From NCBI GenBank assembly GCA_039810425.1, contig JBDHWW010000003.1, positions 80,206 through 144,205 on the forward strand: DNA of 64,000 bases, in the 5' to 3' direction. This DNA is from Pseudobdellovibrionaceae bacterium. Lineage in GTDB: Bacteria > Bdellovibrionota > Bdellovibrionia > Bdellovibrionales > Bdellovibrionaceae. The notes below the pieces were generated by a model. That model was given only the letters and a program-made list of their open reading frames with translations, was not told the DNA's origin and searched no databases. The translations under genes were made by a program, and so were the position numbers. Positions 47,502-57,446 of this stretch are shown in pieces. How positions within the stretch are numbered: the first letter of the stretch is position 1; each line of letters starts with the position of its first letter.

Positions 47502-49361
47502 ATGAAAACAACACTCGGCTTAAAGAAACAACTGGTCTTTGGTTTTACCCTTATCGCTCTCTTGGTGACAAGTCTGAGTGGCCTTATCGGCTTTCTCGGA
47601 ACGTCGAAAGCGGTCAATGATCTGACGATGTTAGACCTTGAACATCTTTTGGCCGGCAGCGAATCGGCTATTCAGATTTCAAATCAAGAAAATATCGATA
47701 GCCAAAAAGTTCTGATGGAGTATTGGCTGCCGCAAATTCAGAGCAACCTTGAAATTGCTAAAGAACCCGCGCACACCTATAAAATCACCAATCAAGTTAC
47801 CTCTCAAAGTATCACTACGGTTATTCCTCGCTGGCTTTATCTGGGGAAAGATTTGGAGAGCCACCAGGATATCGCGACCCAAATCTCGCAAGAAACCGGG
47901 CGCGCGGTGAGCTTTATGATGCTTTTACCCGAGGGGCTTGTGCGCATTGCAACCAGTGTCACCCGCGCTGATGGCACACGTACCACAGGCACCTATATTC
48001 CAGCAGAGTCTGAGGTCTATAAGTCGATCGCCGCGAACCAACACTATACCGGGCGCGCGCAGGTGTTAAACTCATGGTACATGACGAGCTACGAGCCACT
48101 AGTTAAAAATGGCAAAGTCATTGGTGCATTCTTTGTCGGACTGCCCGACACGTCCTCAGACAAGGTCAAAGAGTATCTTAGCAAACAAAAGCTTTTTGAC
48201 ACCGGCTACTTCTACATCTTGGATTCCAAAGGAACTTTCCTTTTGCATCCGTCAAAGACCGGCGAAAACGTTCTCGAAAAGACCGATCTTGATGGCAACT
48301 ACATCTTTAAGAATATCTTAGAAAAGAAAAACGGCACTATTCAATACCGCTGGCTCAATGCCGAAACCAATCAGCCCCAAGACAAACTGGCAGTCTTTCG
48401 CTATTACCCTGAACTCAACTGGGTGGTCGCGGCCAGCGTCAACAAGGCCGAAATGGAAGCTCCTGCCACCAAAATGGCTGGGTTCCAGGTTCTTTTAGCT
48501 CTCGGTTCTATTCTAACAATGTTGATTTGCTCTTGGCTCTTCGGTAACAGAATTGCGCGCAAACTTCATACCATCAGTGCTGGCTTAAGTGAAAGCGCTC
48601 AAGAGGTCCAAAGCTCTTTGCTCCAGCTTTCTTCCGCCGGAAACTCGTTATCCCAGTCATCAAATACCGCGGCGTCGTCTCTTGAAGAGACCGTAGCCTC
48701 TTTAGAAGAGATCAGTTCAATGGTTGGGACCAATGCCCAAAGCGCCAAGCAAGCCGCAGTTCTGGCGGTCGAGGCTTCGGACCTCGCTAAAAAAGGCGAA
48801 TCTGAAATCAAAGAACTCTTTAGCTCCATCAATCAGATGGCTAATTCATCTAAAAAAATTCAGGACATCAACAACGTGATTGACGACATCGCCTTTCAAA
48901 CCAATCTTTTAGCCCTGAATGCGGCCGTCGAAGCGGCCCGTGCGGGAGAGCAAGGCAAAGGCTTTGCCGTCGTTGCCGACGCCGTCAGATCCCTGGCCCA
49001 ACGCAGCGCCAACTCGGCCAAAGAAATTTCAGTGCTGATTCACCTCATCACGGAGCAGATGAATCAAGGGATTAAAATTGCGGATCGCTCCAGTGAGTCG
49101 TTGAACCAAATTGTCTCGGCGATCGCCAAGGTTTCACAAATTAACGGAGAGATCGCCCAAGCCAGCGGTGAGCAAGCGGCTGGCATTCAAGAAATCAACA
49201 AAGCCATGAATCAGTTAGATAATTCGTCCCAGGCAAATGCGGCAGCCGCAGAAGAGATTGCCGCCACCAGCGAAGATATAAAAACACAGAACAATAAAGT
49301 CGAAGGCAATGTCCGAGATCTTGAGTCCTATATGCGGGGCTCAAAAGCCAACGCCGCCTAA
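47502..49361 (+). CDS. Methyl-accepting chemotaxis protein with Cache-type sensor domains
   Basis: RIATSV...[49 protein letters not shown]. Confidence 0.95.
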   Translation: MKTTLGLKKQLVFGFTLIALLVTSLSGLIGFLGTSKAVNDLTMLDLEHLLAGSESAIQISNQENIDSQKVLMEYWLPQIQSNLEIAKEPAHTYKITNQVTSQSITTVIPRWLYLGKDLESHQDIATQISQETGRAVSFMMLLPEGLVRIATSVTRADGTRTTGTYIPAESEVYKSIAANQHYTGRAQVLNSWYMTSYEPLVKNGKVIGAFFVGLPDTSSDKVKEYLSKQKLFDTGYFYILDSKGTFLLHPSKTGENVLEKTDLDGNYIFKNILEKKNGTIQYRWLNAETNQPQDKLAVFRYYPELNWVVAASVNKAEMEAPATKMAGFQVLLALGSILTMLICSWLFGNRIARKLHTISAGLSESAQEVQSSLLQLSSAGNSLSQSSNTAASSLEETVASLEEISSMVGTNAQSAKQAAVLAVEASDLAKKGESEIKELFSSINQMANSSKKIQDINNVIDDIAFQTNLLALNAAVEAARAGEQGKGFAVVADAVRSLAQRSANSAKEISVLIHLITEQMNQGIKIADRSSESLNQIVSAIAKVSQINGEIAQASGEQAAGIQEINKAMNQLDNSSQANAAAAEEIAATSEDIKTQNNKVEGNVRDLESYMRGSKANAA

Positions 49362-49906
49362 AAGGGGGCGTTGGTCTTTGTCAGGGTAGTGGTCGTCCAG
49401 TTTCTTTGATCAATCACACACTCGGATGAAACGACACGATAGCGCTCAATCGGAAAACCATAGTTGGTTTCAACCCAACCCCAGCCATTCCAATCCACCA
49501 TGCGTTCGTGATAGTAACCTCCGTTGCCGTCAGGTACAGAGCGAGTCTCGCGGTGATAGGTCAGCAGTGGAAAATGAACCTTCAAAATTCCCGGGGATTC
49601 CAACTTCGCTTCGGCCTTTTCATCAAAGACGCAGCTGTAGTAACCATCCACACTGCGAACGCGACCCTTGATGGTTTCGCCCGGCTGAATATCATGACCC
49701 TGAGCGAGCTTGTAATCGAAGAACCAGGTCACCATTGCGCCGTTATTGTAAGACACCGACGTGCTCAGTGTGACCGAGCCATTAAACTCGTTAATACGGA
49801 TTTGCTTAGAGCCGTCCTCCGTGTTCCAAGCGCCGTCCAGGACACTGGCTGCCTGTGAGGCCATTGGAATCAATATAAACAGAAATAAAATTAAGTGCGT
49901 TTTCAT
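49358..49906 (-). CDS. Secreted hypothetical protein
   Basis: GAGG RBS, signal peptide ASQA, two Cys, beta-rich. Confidence 0.75.
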   Translation of the reverse strand: MKTHLILFLFILIPMASQAASVLDGAWNTEDGSKQIRINEFNGSVTLSTSVSYNNGAMVTWFFDYKLAQGHDIQPGETIKGRVRSVDGYYSCVFDEKAEAKLESPGILKVHFPLLTYHRETRSVPDGNGGYYHERMVDWNGWGWVETNYGFPIERYRVVSSECVIDQRNWTTTTLTKTNAPF

Positions 49907-49968
49907 TGGCTCCTCGTTGTTGAGGTCTACCGGGTTAGCACTGGGATTTTACCTTGGCAAGATAGATA

Positions 49969-50424
49969 TTAGCCTTCGCGGCGTTCCGGAGACTTGTAGC
50001 GCAGGATGCTTTGTTCATCCATCTGCTTCTGCTCCTCTTTTTCCTCGGCTTCGCGGAACTCCGCGAGCTTCTTTTCTTTGAATTTACTAATGACTTTCGT
50101 CTCGACCGCGGCGGCCCTTAAAAGCTCACGTTTGTCTTCGACGGTCTTTTTCTGCTCTTCAATTTTTCCATGCTGACGTTGGATAAGAACCTTTTGGCCT
50201 CTTTGGAACTCATTGATTTGCGACAAGGCCGGTCCCTGAGCCCCCCCCTGCCCCTGGAGCAATCCCGCGCGCTGATGCGAGCCATGCAAGGCCTCTTCGA
50301 GGCGCTGCAACTGGCTCTCAAGCTCCACGAGGTCGTTCATCGCGAACTGAAAGTCTTTCTGAGCCAAGTTTTCCAAGGCCTTGCGATGATCTAAAACTTT
50401 CTGCAGCGGGAATTTGAATTTCAT
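49969..50424 (-). CDS. fliJ: Flagellar export chaperone
   Basis: FKFPLQKVLD.R, EQKQMDE; follows fliI. Confidence 0.9.
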   Translation of the reverse strand: MKFKFPLQKVLDHRKALENLAQKDFQFAMNDLVELESQLQRLEEALHGSHQRAGLLQGQGGAQGPALSQINEFQRGQKVLIQRQHGKIEEQKKTVEDKRELLRAAAVETKVISKFKEKKLAEFREAEEKEEQKQMDEQSILRYKSPERREG

Positions 50425-50445
50425 GTTTTCCTATTTACCGCGATC

Positions 50446-51774
50446 TTAGTAATTAGCTAAAAGGCCCTGCATTTGACGAAGGCACTGATTAAAGCTCGCA
50501 CCGTCTTCAACTGCCTGCTTCAAATACTGATTCACGCCCTCGATGAGCTTCACGGCCTTATCAATCCGCGGGTTTGAGCCCTGTTTGTACGCACCGATGT
50601 TGATAAGGTCTTCGGCCTCACGATAGGTCGCAAGGATCTCACGCATTTTCTGCGCCATCTTCACATGTTCAGGCGAACTCACATTTCTCATAACACGGCT
50701 GGCACTCTGAAGAACGTCGATCGCCGGGAAATGACCTTTTTGCGCGATACTACGACTCAAAACAATGTGCCCGTCAACGATGGAGCGAACCGCATCCCCG
50801 ATAGGATCGTTCATGTCGTCACCATCCACCAACGTCGTATAGAAGCCCGTGATGCTGCCTTCGCCCTCAAACGAGCCGGCACGCTCTAAGAGCTTCGGCA
50901 ATGTCGAGAACACACTTGGTGTATAGCCTTTTGAAGACGGCGGCTCGCCAGTACTGAGACCGATTTCCCGTTGAGCCATCGCAAAACGAGTGACGGAATC
51001 CATCATCAAAAGAACGTTTTTACCTTTTGCGGAGAAATACTCTGCAATCGCTGTCGCCACAAAGGCTCCACGCATCCGGAGCAGCGGGCTTTGATCACTG
51101 GTCACGCAAACAACGACTGACTTTTTCATCCCGTCCGGGCCGAGATCATGTTCAATAAACTCACGAACCTCACGGCCACGCTCGCCGATCAGGGCAATCA
51201 CGTTGACGTCCGCGGTTGTATAACGAGCCATCATGCCAAGAAGAACCGACTTACCGACACCCGAACCGGCCAAGATGGCGACACGTTGCCCTTGTCCTGT
51301 CGTCAAAAGCCCATTGATCGCACGCACACCCACATCGAGTGGTTGGCGAATCGGGCTGCGCCCGAGGGGATTTCTAACTTCATTGTAAAGCGGAACTTCT
51401 TTGAAATTTTCCAGCTCACCCTGTTGATCGAGCGGACGGCCGAGGCCATCGACAACCCGGCCAAGGAGTTCGTCTCCAGCCTTCACCGTCGCAATCTGGC
51501 GGGCCAAAACGATCTTAGACCCCAAGGCCACGCCCCGCATGTCACTGAGTGGCATCATTAAAACGTGTTTGTCTTTAAATCCCACAACTTCAGCCAGGAA
51601 CGACCGCTCCAGTCCTGAAGGCGTGATCTCGCAGATACTGCCGACGCTCGCGCCCGGCAAGTAGCCTTTGATAATCATTCCATTCACTTCTGTAACCTTG
51701 CCGCTGTCTTTCGTCAGATGCACAGTGCTCAAAAGCTCGGAATACTTTTCCAGATTCAACTCGTAGGCGCTCAT
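50446..51774 (-). CDS. fliI: Flagellar export ATPase
   Basis: AGSGVGKS, IGERGREV, MDSVTRFAMAQREIG, DGHIVL. Confidence 0.97.
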   Translation of the reverse strand: MSAYELNLEKYSELLSTVHLTKDSGKVTEVNGMIIKGYLPGASVGSICEITPSGLERSFLAEVVGFKDKHVLMMPLSDMRGVALGSKIVLARQIATVKAGDELLGRVVDGLGRPLDQQGELENFKEVPLYNEVRNPLGRSPIRQPLDVGVRAINGLLTTGQGQRVAILAGSGVGKSVLLGMMARYTTADVNVIALIGERGREVREFIEHDLGPDGMKKSVVVCVTSDQSPLLRMRGAFVATAIAEYFSAKGKNVLLMMDSVTRFAMAQREIGLSTGEPPSSKGYTPSVFSTLPKLLERAGSFEGEGSITGFYTTLVDGDDMNDPIGDAVRSIVDGHIVLSRSIAQKGHFPAIDVLQSASRVMRNVSSPEHVKMAQKMREILATYREAEDLINIGAYKQGSNPRIDKAVKLIEGVNQYLKQAVEDGASFNQCLRQMQGLLANY

Positions 51775-51788
51775 TCAACTCCCGCAGA

Positions 51789-52562
51789 CTAGACAGCGAT
51801 CTTCGGTTTCACTTTCGGAATATTTTCCACCAGCGTTTCCCACAGTGACTGGACACGCTGCTCGACACGGGCATCGACCTCACCGTAGTTCGTCTCTACG
51901 ATACAGCCACCCTTTGTGATCTCGTCGCTCGGCTCGAATTTGATTTTCTTTAAGAACTCAAACTGCCGGCCACTTTGTTTTTTCACTTCCTCGACGAACT
52001 CGAACTGGGACGTTGCCACGCGCACTGTGACGTTCTCCTCATCCTGCGCTAGTGTCACCGCACTACGAAGCACTTCAATCAAGCTTTGATCGTTCTTTTC
52101 TACTTCGACGTGAGCCAGTTTATTCGCAATCTGGAAAATCAACTGAACCATGTGAGCTTCATTAAAGTTCAAGACCTCAGTTTTAGCTTCTTCGAGAGAT
52201 TTCAACAAATTCTCGATGTCACCAAGCTTTTCTTCGATTTCTTTTGAGTACTTCATGAAAGCTTCTTCACGGCCTTCACTCAAACCGAGGTCATACGCTT
52301 CTTTATAGGCGTTCTCTTGAACGTCTTTCAAGAGCTCTAAAGCGCGCGCTTCGACTTTTTCTTCTTCGCTCGCTTTTTCGATCTCATCAACGCCGGTTTG
52401 GATACGGATGGTCTCGTTTAGACGGAAATCGCTGCCACGAGCCTTTTGCTCGAGGTACTGCTGGGCCTGCTTTGGGGTACCGAGTTCAAACTTCTTCGGC
52501 ACGTATTCCAGCACCACTTCTTTGGCCGCAATTTTAGGAAGAACCGCTCTAGACCATGGCAT
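51789..52562 (-). CDS. fliH: Flagellar assembly protein
   Basis: AxxxGxxxG repeats, GGCIVET..GEVDA; between fliG and fliI. Confidence 0.9.
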   Translation of the reverse strand: MPWSRAVLPKIAAKEVVLEYVPKKFELGTPKQAQQYLEQKARGSDFRLNETIRIQTGVDEIEKASEEEKVEARALELLKDVQENAYKEAYDLGLSEGREEAFMKYSKEIEEKLGDIENLLKSLEEAKTEVLNFNEAHMVQLIFQIANKLAHVEVEKNDQSLIEVLRSAVTLAQDEENVTVRVATSQFEFVEEVKKQSGRQFEFLKKIKFEPSDEITKGGCIVETNYGEVDARVEQRVQSLWETLVENIPKVKPKIAV

Positions 52563-53583
52563 CTTCTGAACCGCCTCTTGCAATCAAGATCTTTCCTTCG
52601 GCTTCCAAACGGCGAGCCGCATTCACGATCTCTTGTTGTGCCCCCTCTACGTCGGACAGACGAGAAGGGCCCATATTCCCCAAATCTTCGCGCAACATTT
52701 CGGCCGCGCGAGCGGAGATATTTTTGAAAATCTTCGTGCGAATATCTTCGCTGGCTGTTTTGAGGGCCAGCAAAAGCTTGTCGTTCGGAACTTCCTTGAG
52801 AAGAGCCTGAATACCACGATCGTCGATCTTGACGATGTCGTCGAAGACGAACATGAGCTTGCGAATCTCCTCCGCCAAGAGAGGGTCCTTCTCCTCGAGA
52901 CGAGACATGATCGAAGTCTCCGTGTTCTTGTCCATGACGTTGAGCATTTCGGCCACCGGCTGAACCCCGCCCAGAGCGGATTGCTCGACCGTCGCGGTGT
53001 TTGCCAACTGGTGTTTTAATACTTTATCGATTTCACGGATAAGCTCTGGATCCACGTGTTCCAAATTCGCCATACGCAAAACCACTTCGGCTTGCAAAGC
53101 TTCCGGAAGACGTTTCAGAACTTCGCCTTTTTTCTCTGGCTCTAAGTGCGCCAAGATCACCGCGACCGTTTGAGGATGTTCATTCACCAAGAAAGTCGCC
53201 AGTGATTTCGCATCGACCATCTCAAGCGACTCTAGGGAGCGCTGCCCCCCGGAGGTGATATTCAGCCCTCCAAGGATACCGCGGGCCCGTTCTTCACCCA
53301 AAGCATCGACGATCACGTCTTTGCTCGAAGTTTGTTCAGTGAAAATGTAATCTTCCGTCTCAGAAATCATTTCGTAGTACTCTTCAAGAACCCGTTTCGT
53401 CACGTGCACGGGCACCACGCGGAACTTCGTCATCTGATTGATCAGCTTGCGAATATCGCCGTCGTCCAAACGCTTCAGAAGAACGCGCAAAGCATCCTTC
53501 CCGAGGTAGTTGATCAGGATTGCGGCTTTATCAAATCCACGCAGACTCTCAAACTCCACATTATCCGCTTTTACGAGTTTCAT
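52549..53583 (-). CDS. fliG: Flagellar motor switch protein
   Basis: KAAIL, EHPQTVA, MFVFDD, RLSDVE.AQ. Confidence 0.97.
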   Translation of the reverse strand: MKLVKADNVEFESLRGFDKAAILINYLGKDALRVLLKRLDDGDIRKLINQMTKFRVVPVHVTKRVLEEYYEMISETEDYIFTEQTSSKDVIVDALGEERARGILGGLNITSGGQRSLESLEMVDAKSLATFLVNEHPQTVAVILAHLEPEKKGEVLKRLPEALQAEVVLRMANLEHVDPELIREIDKVLKHQLANTATVEQSALGGVQPVAEMLNVMDKNTETSIMSRLEEKDPLLAEEIRKLMFVFDDIVKIDDRGIQALLKEVPNDKLLLALKTASEDIRTKIFKNISARAAEMLREDLGNMGPSRLSDVEGAQQEIVNAARRLEAEGKILIARGGSEDAMV

Positions 53584-55232
53584 CGATCATCCTTTCTTAC
53601 CAACCACATACCAAACGCGTTACCGGCCTTTTCTTCATCTTGATTCAAGATGCCCATGATGCGGTCTTTAAGAAGCTCGCTTTCGGCTTTCTCGGGATCA
53701 ATAGACTCCTGCAACACCGGCAACGCGGAAGACATGCCCGGCAGAGTATTATCCACCGACTGCAACTCCTCGAGCTCCTCAATGGTTCGCGGCAACATTT
53801 CCTCCACCGAATCCTGGAAACTGTCTGTGATCCACTGCATGAATGGACGAACCACGATGAAGAAGAATAGTACGAGAGTAAATCCTAACAACGCCCATTT
53901 GAAGAGAGCGTGAATAAACTTCTTACGTTCCAAGTTCGTAAGCAGTTTTTCAGATTCCGAGAAATCTTCCGACTGGAACTGGATATTCTCAATTCTGACG
54001 CTGTCACCGCGGGCGGCGTTAAATCCGATCGCATTCTTTACCAGCGATTCGTATTTCTGAAGTTCTTCCGCCGAACGGGGAAGGTACTTCGTTTCTGTCG
54101 TACCGTCTTCTTTCGTCACTGTTTGAGTCATCCCATCAACGACAACCGCGACGCTTAAACGCTCAAGACTACCGGCACCTTCTTTTACGTTGCGAACTGT
54201 TTTAGGAACTTCGAAATTCGTTGTCTTGATTTCTTTTTTTACATCTTGTTTAAAGCCTACTTGACCGGCATCTTCAGCGCCAGGCAAATTTGCGCGGGAA
54301 CCGGGAACGCCTGCGGGATTTGTGCGCGCGCCATCCAAAGATTCCTCTTCGCTTTGTTGGGAACGGATGGCGGTCTTATCTGGATCCACCAGTTCTTCCA
54401 CTGAGCTCACCGTGCGGTGATTCAAAGTCGCATCGACTTTGGCGATGACTTTCGCATGGCCCACCACTTTTGAAAGAATTGATTCAATACGGTCTTGGAA
54501 CTCGTTTTCCACTTTCGCTTTCAAGTCCATGAGTTCGTCAGAACCACCGGTCGCACCATCTGATTTACGCGTTAGAACCTTGCCTCGCTCGTCCAAGACA
54601 GTGACTCTATCCGCATCCAGGCTTTCCACGGCGTTGGCGACCAAGTAACGGATACCACGGATTTGATCAGCACTCAGTTCTTTACCTTGATGAAGTTCCA
54701 AAACGACGGACGCGGTCGGTTGGCCGCCTTCTTCAAGAAAGGTTTTCTTGTTTGGCAATGCCAAGATCACTTTCGATTGTTTCACGGCGGTCAAAGTGTT
54801 GATGGCTCTCATCAACTCCCCCTGAAGGGCTCGTTGATAATTGATTTTCTGCGCATAGGAGTTGATACCGAAGTCTTGCTTTTCGAAAAGCTCAAGACCT
54901 ACGCTACCCATTTTTGCAGAACCCACTTCAGACATCAAAGTCATCTGGGTCGAGTGTAAAAGCTCTTTGGGCACGTTGATGGATTTGCCGTCTTCGCTCA
55001 AGCGATACGGGATATTTTTCTCGTTCAACTTTGCCGCCATGGTCGTGATTTGATCAGGAGCAATGTTTGTGAACAACGGGACAAAATCGCGGCCCGAAGC
55101 CATGAAGACCATTGTCAGCAACGTGATCAAAGCAATCACCGTGACAGCTACAATAGAGAGCTTTTTGGTTGGGCCCAGGTTCTTAAAGAACTCTCTGAAT
55201 TGAATTATGATTCCGCCGAAAATCTTATTCAA
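53580..55232 (-). CDS. fliF: Flagellar M-ring protein
   Basis: GLELFE, RALQGEL.R.I, PTASV, RLSVAVVVDG, RGDSV. Confidence 0.96.
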   Translation of the reverse strand: MNKIFGGIIIQFREFFKNLGPTKKLSIVAVTVIALITLLTMVFMASGRDFVPLFTNIAPDQITTMAAKLNEKNIPYRLSEDGKSINVPKELLHSTQMTLMSEVGSAKMGSVGLELFEKQDFGINSYAQKINYQRALQGELMRAINTLTAVKQSKVILALPNKKTFLEEGGQPTASVVLELHQGKELSADQIRGIRYLVANAVESLDADRVTVLDERGKVLTRKSDGATGGSDELMDLKAKVENEFQDRIESILSKVVGHAKVIAKVDATLNHRTVSSVEELVDPDKTAIRSQQSEEESLDGARTNPAGVPGSRANLPGAEDAGQVGFKQDVKKEIKTTNFEVPKTVRNVKEGAGSLERLSVAVVVDGMTQTVTKEDGTTETKYLPRSAEELQKYESLVKNAIGFNAARGDSVRIENIQFQSEDFSESEKLLTNLERKKFIHALFKWALLGFTLVLFFFIVVRPFMQWITDSFQDSVEEMLPRTIEELEELQSVDNTLPGMSSALPVLQESIDPEKAESELLKDRIMGILNQDEEKAGNAFGMWLVRKDDR

Positions 55233-55266
55233 GGTACGTCCTCCGCTGTCCTAAAATGGTCTTAAA

Positions 55267-55605
55267 TCAAACCTGCATCTTCATGATTTCTTGATAAGCA
55301 TCAATAATCTTATTTCGTACTTGCACCATCACGCGCAATGCGATGTCTGCTTTTTCAGTGGCAATCATCACATCAGCGACGTTGTCAGTTCGGCCTGTCG
55401 CTAAATCCTGTGCCGCTTTGTCAGATGATTTTTGCAATTGATTGACGTTATCGATCGCGGATTTCAGAGTGTCCGCGAAGCTTCCTTGAGCTTCACCAAC
55501 CGATCCACCAGGTGACATTGGTTGATCAATTGTCAGCGATTTTGAATCACGAATTGCACCCGTGTCTAAGAATTTGTTTGCGTTTGTAACTGTGAAACCA
55601 GCCAT
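55267..55605 (-). CDS. fliE: Flagellar hook-basal body protein
   Basis: VMIA.EKA...VQVRNK..DAYQEIMKMQV. Confidence 0.96.
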   Translation of the reverse strand: MAGFTVTNANKFLDTGAIRDSKSLTIDQPMSPGGSVGEAQGSFADTLKSAIDNVNQLQKSSDKAAQDLATGRTDNVADVMIATEKADIALRVMVQVRNKIIDAYQEIMKMQV

Positions 55606-55683
55606 GGTCTTTCTCTTTCCTTACTCTTTAATTCTACTCACAAGCCTAATTATCTACCACTCATTTCAAGGACTTAGCCCTAT

Positions 55684-56127
55684 TTACCGACCAATCTCGA
55701 GACTGCTCAGCGCGAGGTCCTTTGTCGCCTGCATTGCCGAGACGTTGGCCTCGTACGATCGAGTGGCCTGTATCATATTGGTCATTTCTTCCATCAAATT
55801 GATATTCGGATAAGCAACATACCCCTCGGAGTTTGCATCAGGATGATCCGGTTCATACTTGAGCAAGGGTGCTTTCCGGTCGGAAACCACATCACTGACC
55901 TGGACCCGTTGGAAGTTGGAATTCGCCGCTGTCGGAGAAACGATCTCACCGAAGCTTTTCGCATCGGGCATCGACTCGAAAACCACGTCCTTACGACGGT
56001 ACGGACCACCTTCCGGAGTCTGCGTCGTGTTGATATTGGCGATATTGCTGGAAATCGTATTCATGCGCATTCTTTGCGCCGCCATACCACTTCCGCTAAT
56101 TCTCATCCCTGTGAAAAAGTCAGCCAT
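55684..56127 (-). CDS. flgC: Flagellar basal-body rod protein
   Basis: SGM.AQR.RMN.ISSNIAN, PYRRK, P.HPDA, RSYEAN. Confidence 0.97.
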   Translation of the reverse strand: MADFFTGMRISGSGMAAQRMRMNTISSNIANINTTQTPEGGPYRRKDVVFESMPDAKSFGEIVSPTAANSNFQRVQVSDVVSDRKAPLLKYEPDHPDANSEGYVAYPNINLMEEMTNMIQATRSYEANVSAMQATKDLALSSLEIGR

Positions 56128-56174
56128 CTTGGCCTCCCCCGCTATGCGGGCGTCTATTTTCGACTACCTATTTT

Positions 56175-56579
56175 CTAACGTTCGCCGATCGCGTACTTCA
56201 GCGCCGCCATCTTTTTATTGATGAGCTGAAGCGCGGTTTTGTACAAGATCGCATTCTCAGACAACGCCGACATCTCTTTCTCGAGATCGACAGTATTACC
56301 GTCATTGTTAATCGCGCCTTCTGGATTTTCGTAGACATCCGGGCGGACCGCTGCGGATTGTCCACCCACCGCGATATGTTGACCATCGGTCGTGCTCATT
56401 CCACGAAGACCGTCGATATCCAACGCTCGCCCCAGCGCCGCTTCGAAATCCACTTTCTTCGCGTGGTATCCCGGAGTCTCCGCGTTGGCGATGTTGGACG
56501 CCGTCACCGAGTGGCGGAGCTGGCGCATTGCAAGCGACGTCTGAAGGGCATTGGTCGTTTTGTCGAATAAATTACTCAT
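56175..56579 (-). CDS. flgB: Flagellar basal-body rod protein
   Basis: NIANAETPGY, DGNTVD.EKEM. Confidence 0.96.
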   Translation of the reverse strand: MSNLFDKTTNALQTSLAMRQLRHSVTASNIANAETPGYHAKKVDFEAALGRALDIDGLRGMSTTDGQHIAVGGQSAAVRPDVYENPEGAINNDGNTVDLEKEMSALSENAILYKTALQLINKKMAALKYAIGER

Positions 56580-57439
56580 ACTAAACCTGCCTGTCTGTAC
56601 TCGTTAATCTTATTTCTCAGTGTGCGAATGCTGATACCGAGGATCTCTGCCGCACGGGTGCGATTTTGCTCTGTCATCTGCAACGTTTGCAAAATAAGTT
56701 TTTGCTCCACTTGCGACAACGTCATTCCGGCAAAGCCAATGGCGTCTTCGGTCCTATCTTTGGAATTTTCATTATTTTCGATCGCGATGTGCGCGGCTTG
56801 AACAACGCCATTCTCTGCCAGGATCACCGCGCGCTCCAGCACGTTTTCCAATTCGCGGATATTTCCCGGCCAAGTCCACATCTTCATTTTTTCAAACGCC
56901 TCGGGGCTAATGACGATATCTGATTTTTTATGAATGATCGCAAAGACACTAACGAGATACTTTGCGAGCGTCTCTATGTCATTCACTCTTTGACACAGAG
57001 ACGGGAGCTCTAGGTTAAGAACCGTGAGTCGGTAATAGAGATCCTCACGGAACTGGCCCTTCTGCGCCATATTCTTCAATACGCCATGGCTGGTGGAAAT
57101 AATACGCAATTTTTCAAGACCGGCGGACTCATCCAAAGCCTCAAAGAGACTCTTTTGCTGAGCGGGGTTCAAGCGGTCAATATTTTCAATCACGAAAACT
57201 TTAACGGGGCTTTTTGCAAAGAACGCCGAGAAGTCGAAATCCTCAACCAGATCCAAGGCACTCAAGCCGATATAATCCGTCGGGCCGAGGATATATTTCG
57301 CCAAAGTGCTTTTGCCGGTCCCCGCGGGACCGCTGACGAGCACATTGGCTTGCGATGAGCGCACGGCCGGCAACAGGGCCTGCAAGCGCTTCATTTTTTC
57401 ATCCGCAAATTCTAAATTCACAAAATCCATGACAGACAT
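56576..57439 (-). CDS. Degenerate sigma54 enhancer-binding-protein-like regulator (AAA+ plus Fis HTH, no receiver)
   Basis: GPAGTGKS, FREDLYYRL, WPGNIREL, NRTRAAEILGIS.RTLRNK; GAFTGA absent; likely start 57439 after GAGG. Confidence 0.85.
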   Translation of the reverse strand: MSVMDFVNLEFADEKMKRLQALLPAVRSSQANVLVSGPAGTGKSTLAKYILGPTDYIGLSALDLVEDFDFSAFFAKSPVKVFVIENIDRLNPAQQKSLFEALDESAGLEKLRIISTSHGVLKNMAQKGQFREDLYYRLTVLNLELPSLCQRVNDIETLAKYLVSVFAIIHKKSDIVISPEAFEKMKMWTWPGNIRELENVLERAVILAENGVVQAAHIAIENNENSKDRTEDAIGFAGMTLSQVEQKLILQTLQMTEQNRTRAAEILGISIRTLRNKINEYRQAGLV

Positions 57440-57446
57440 AGTTCCT

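Noticed and set aside
27116..49361. Nucleotide similarity between the two MCP genes as a recent duplication or mobile element
   Set aside because: Limited to the universally conserved signalling tip; sensor domains differ.
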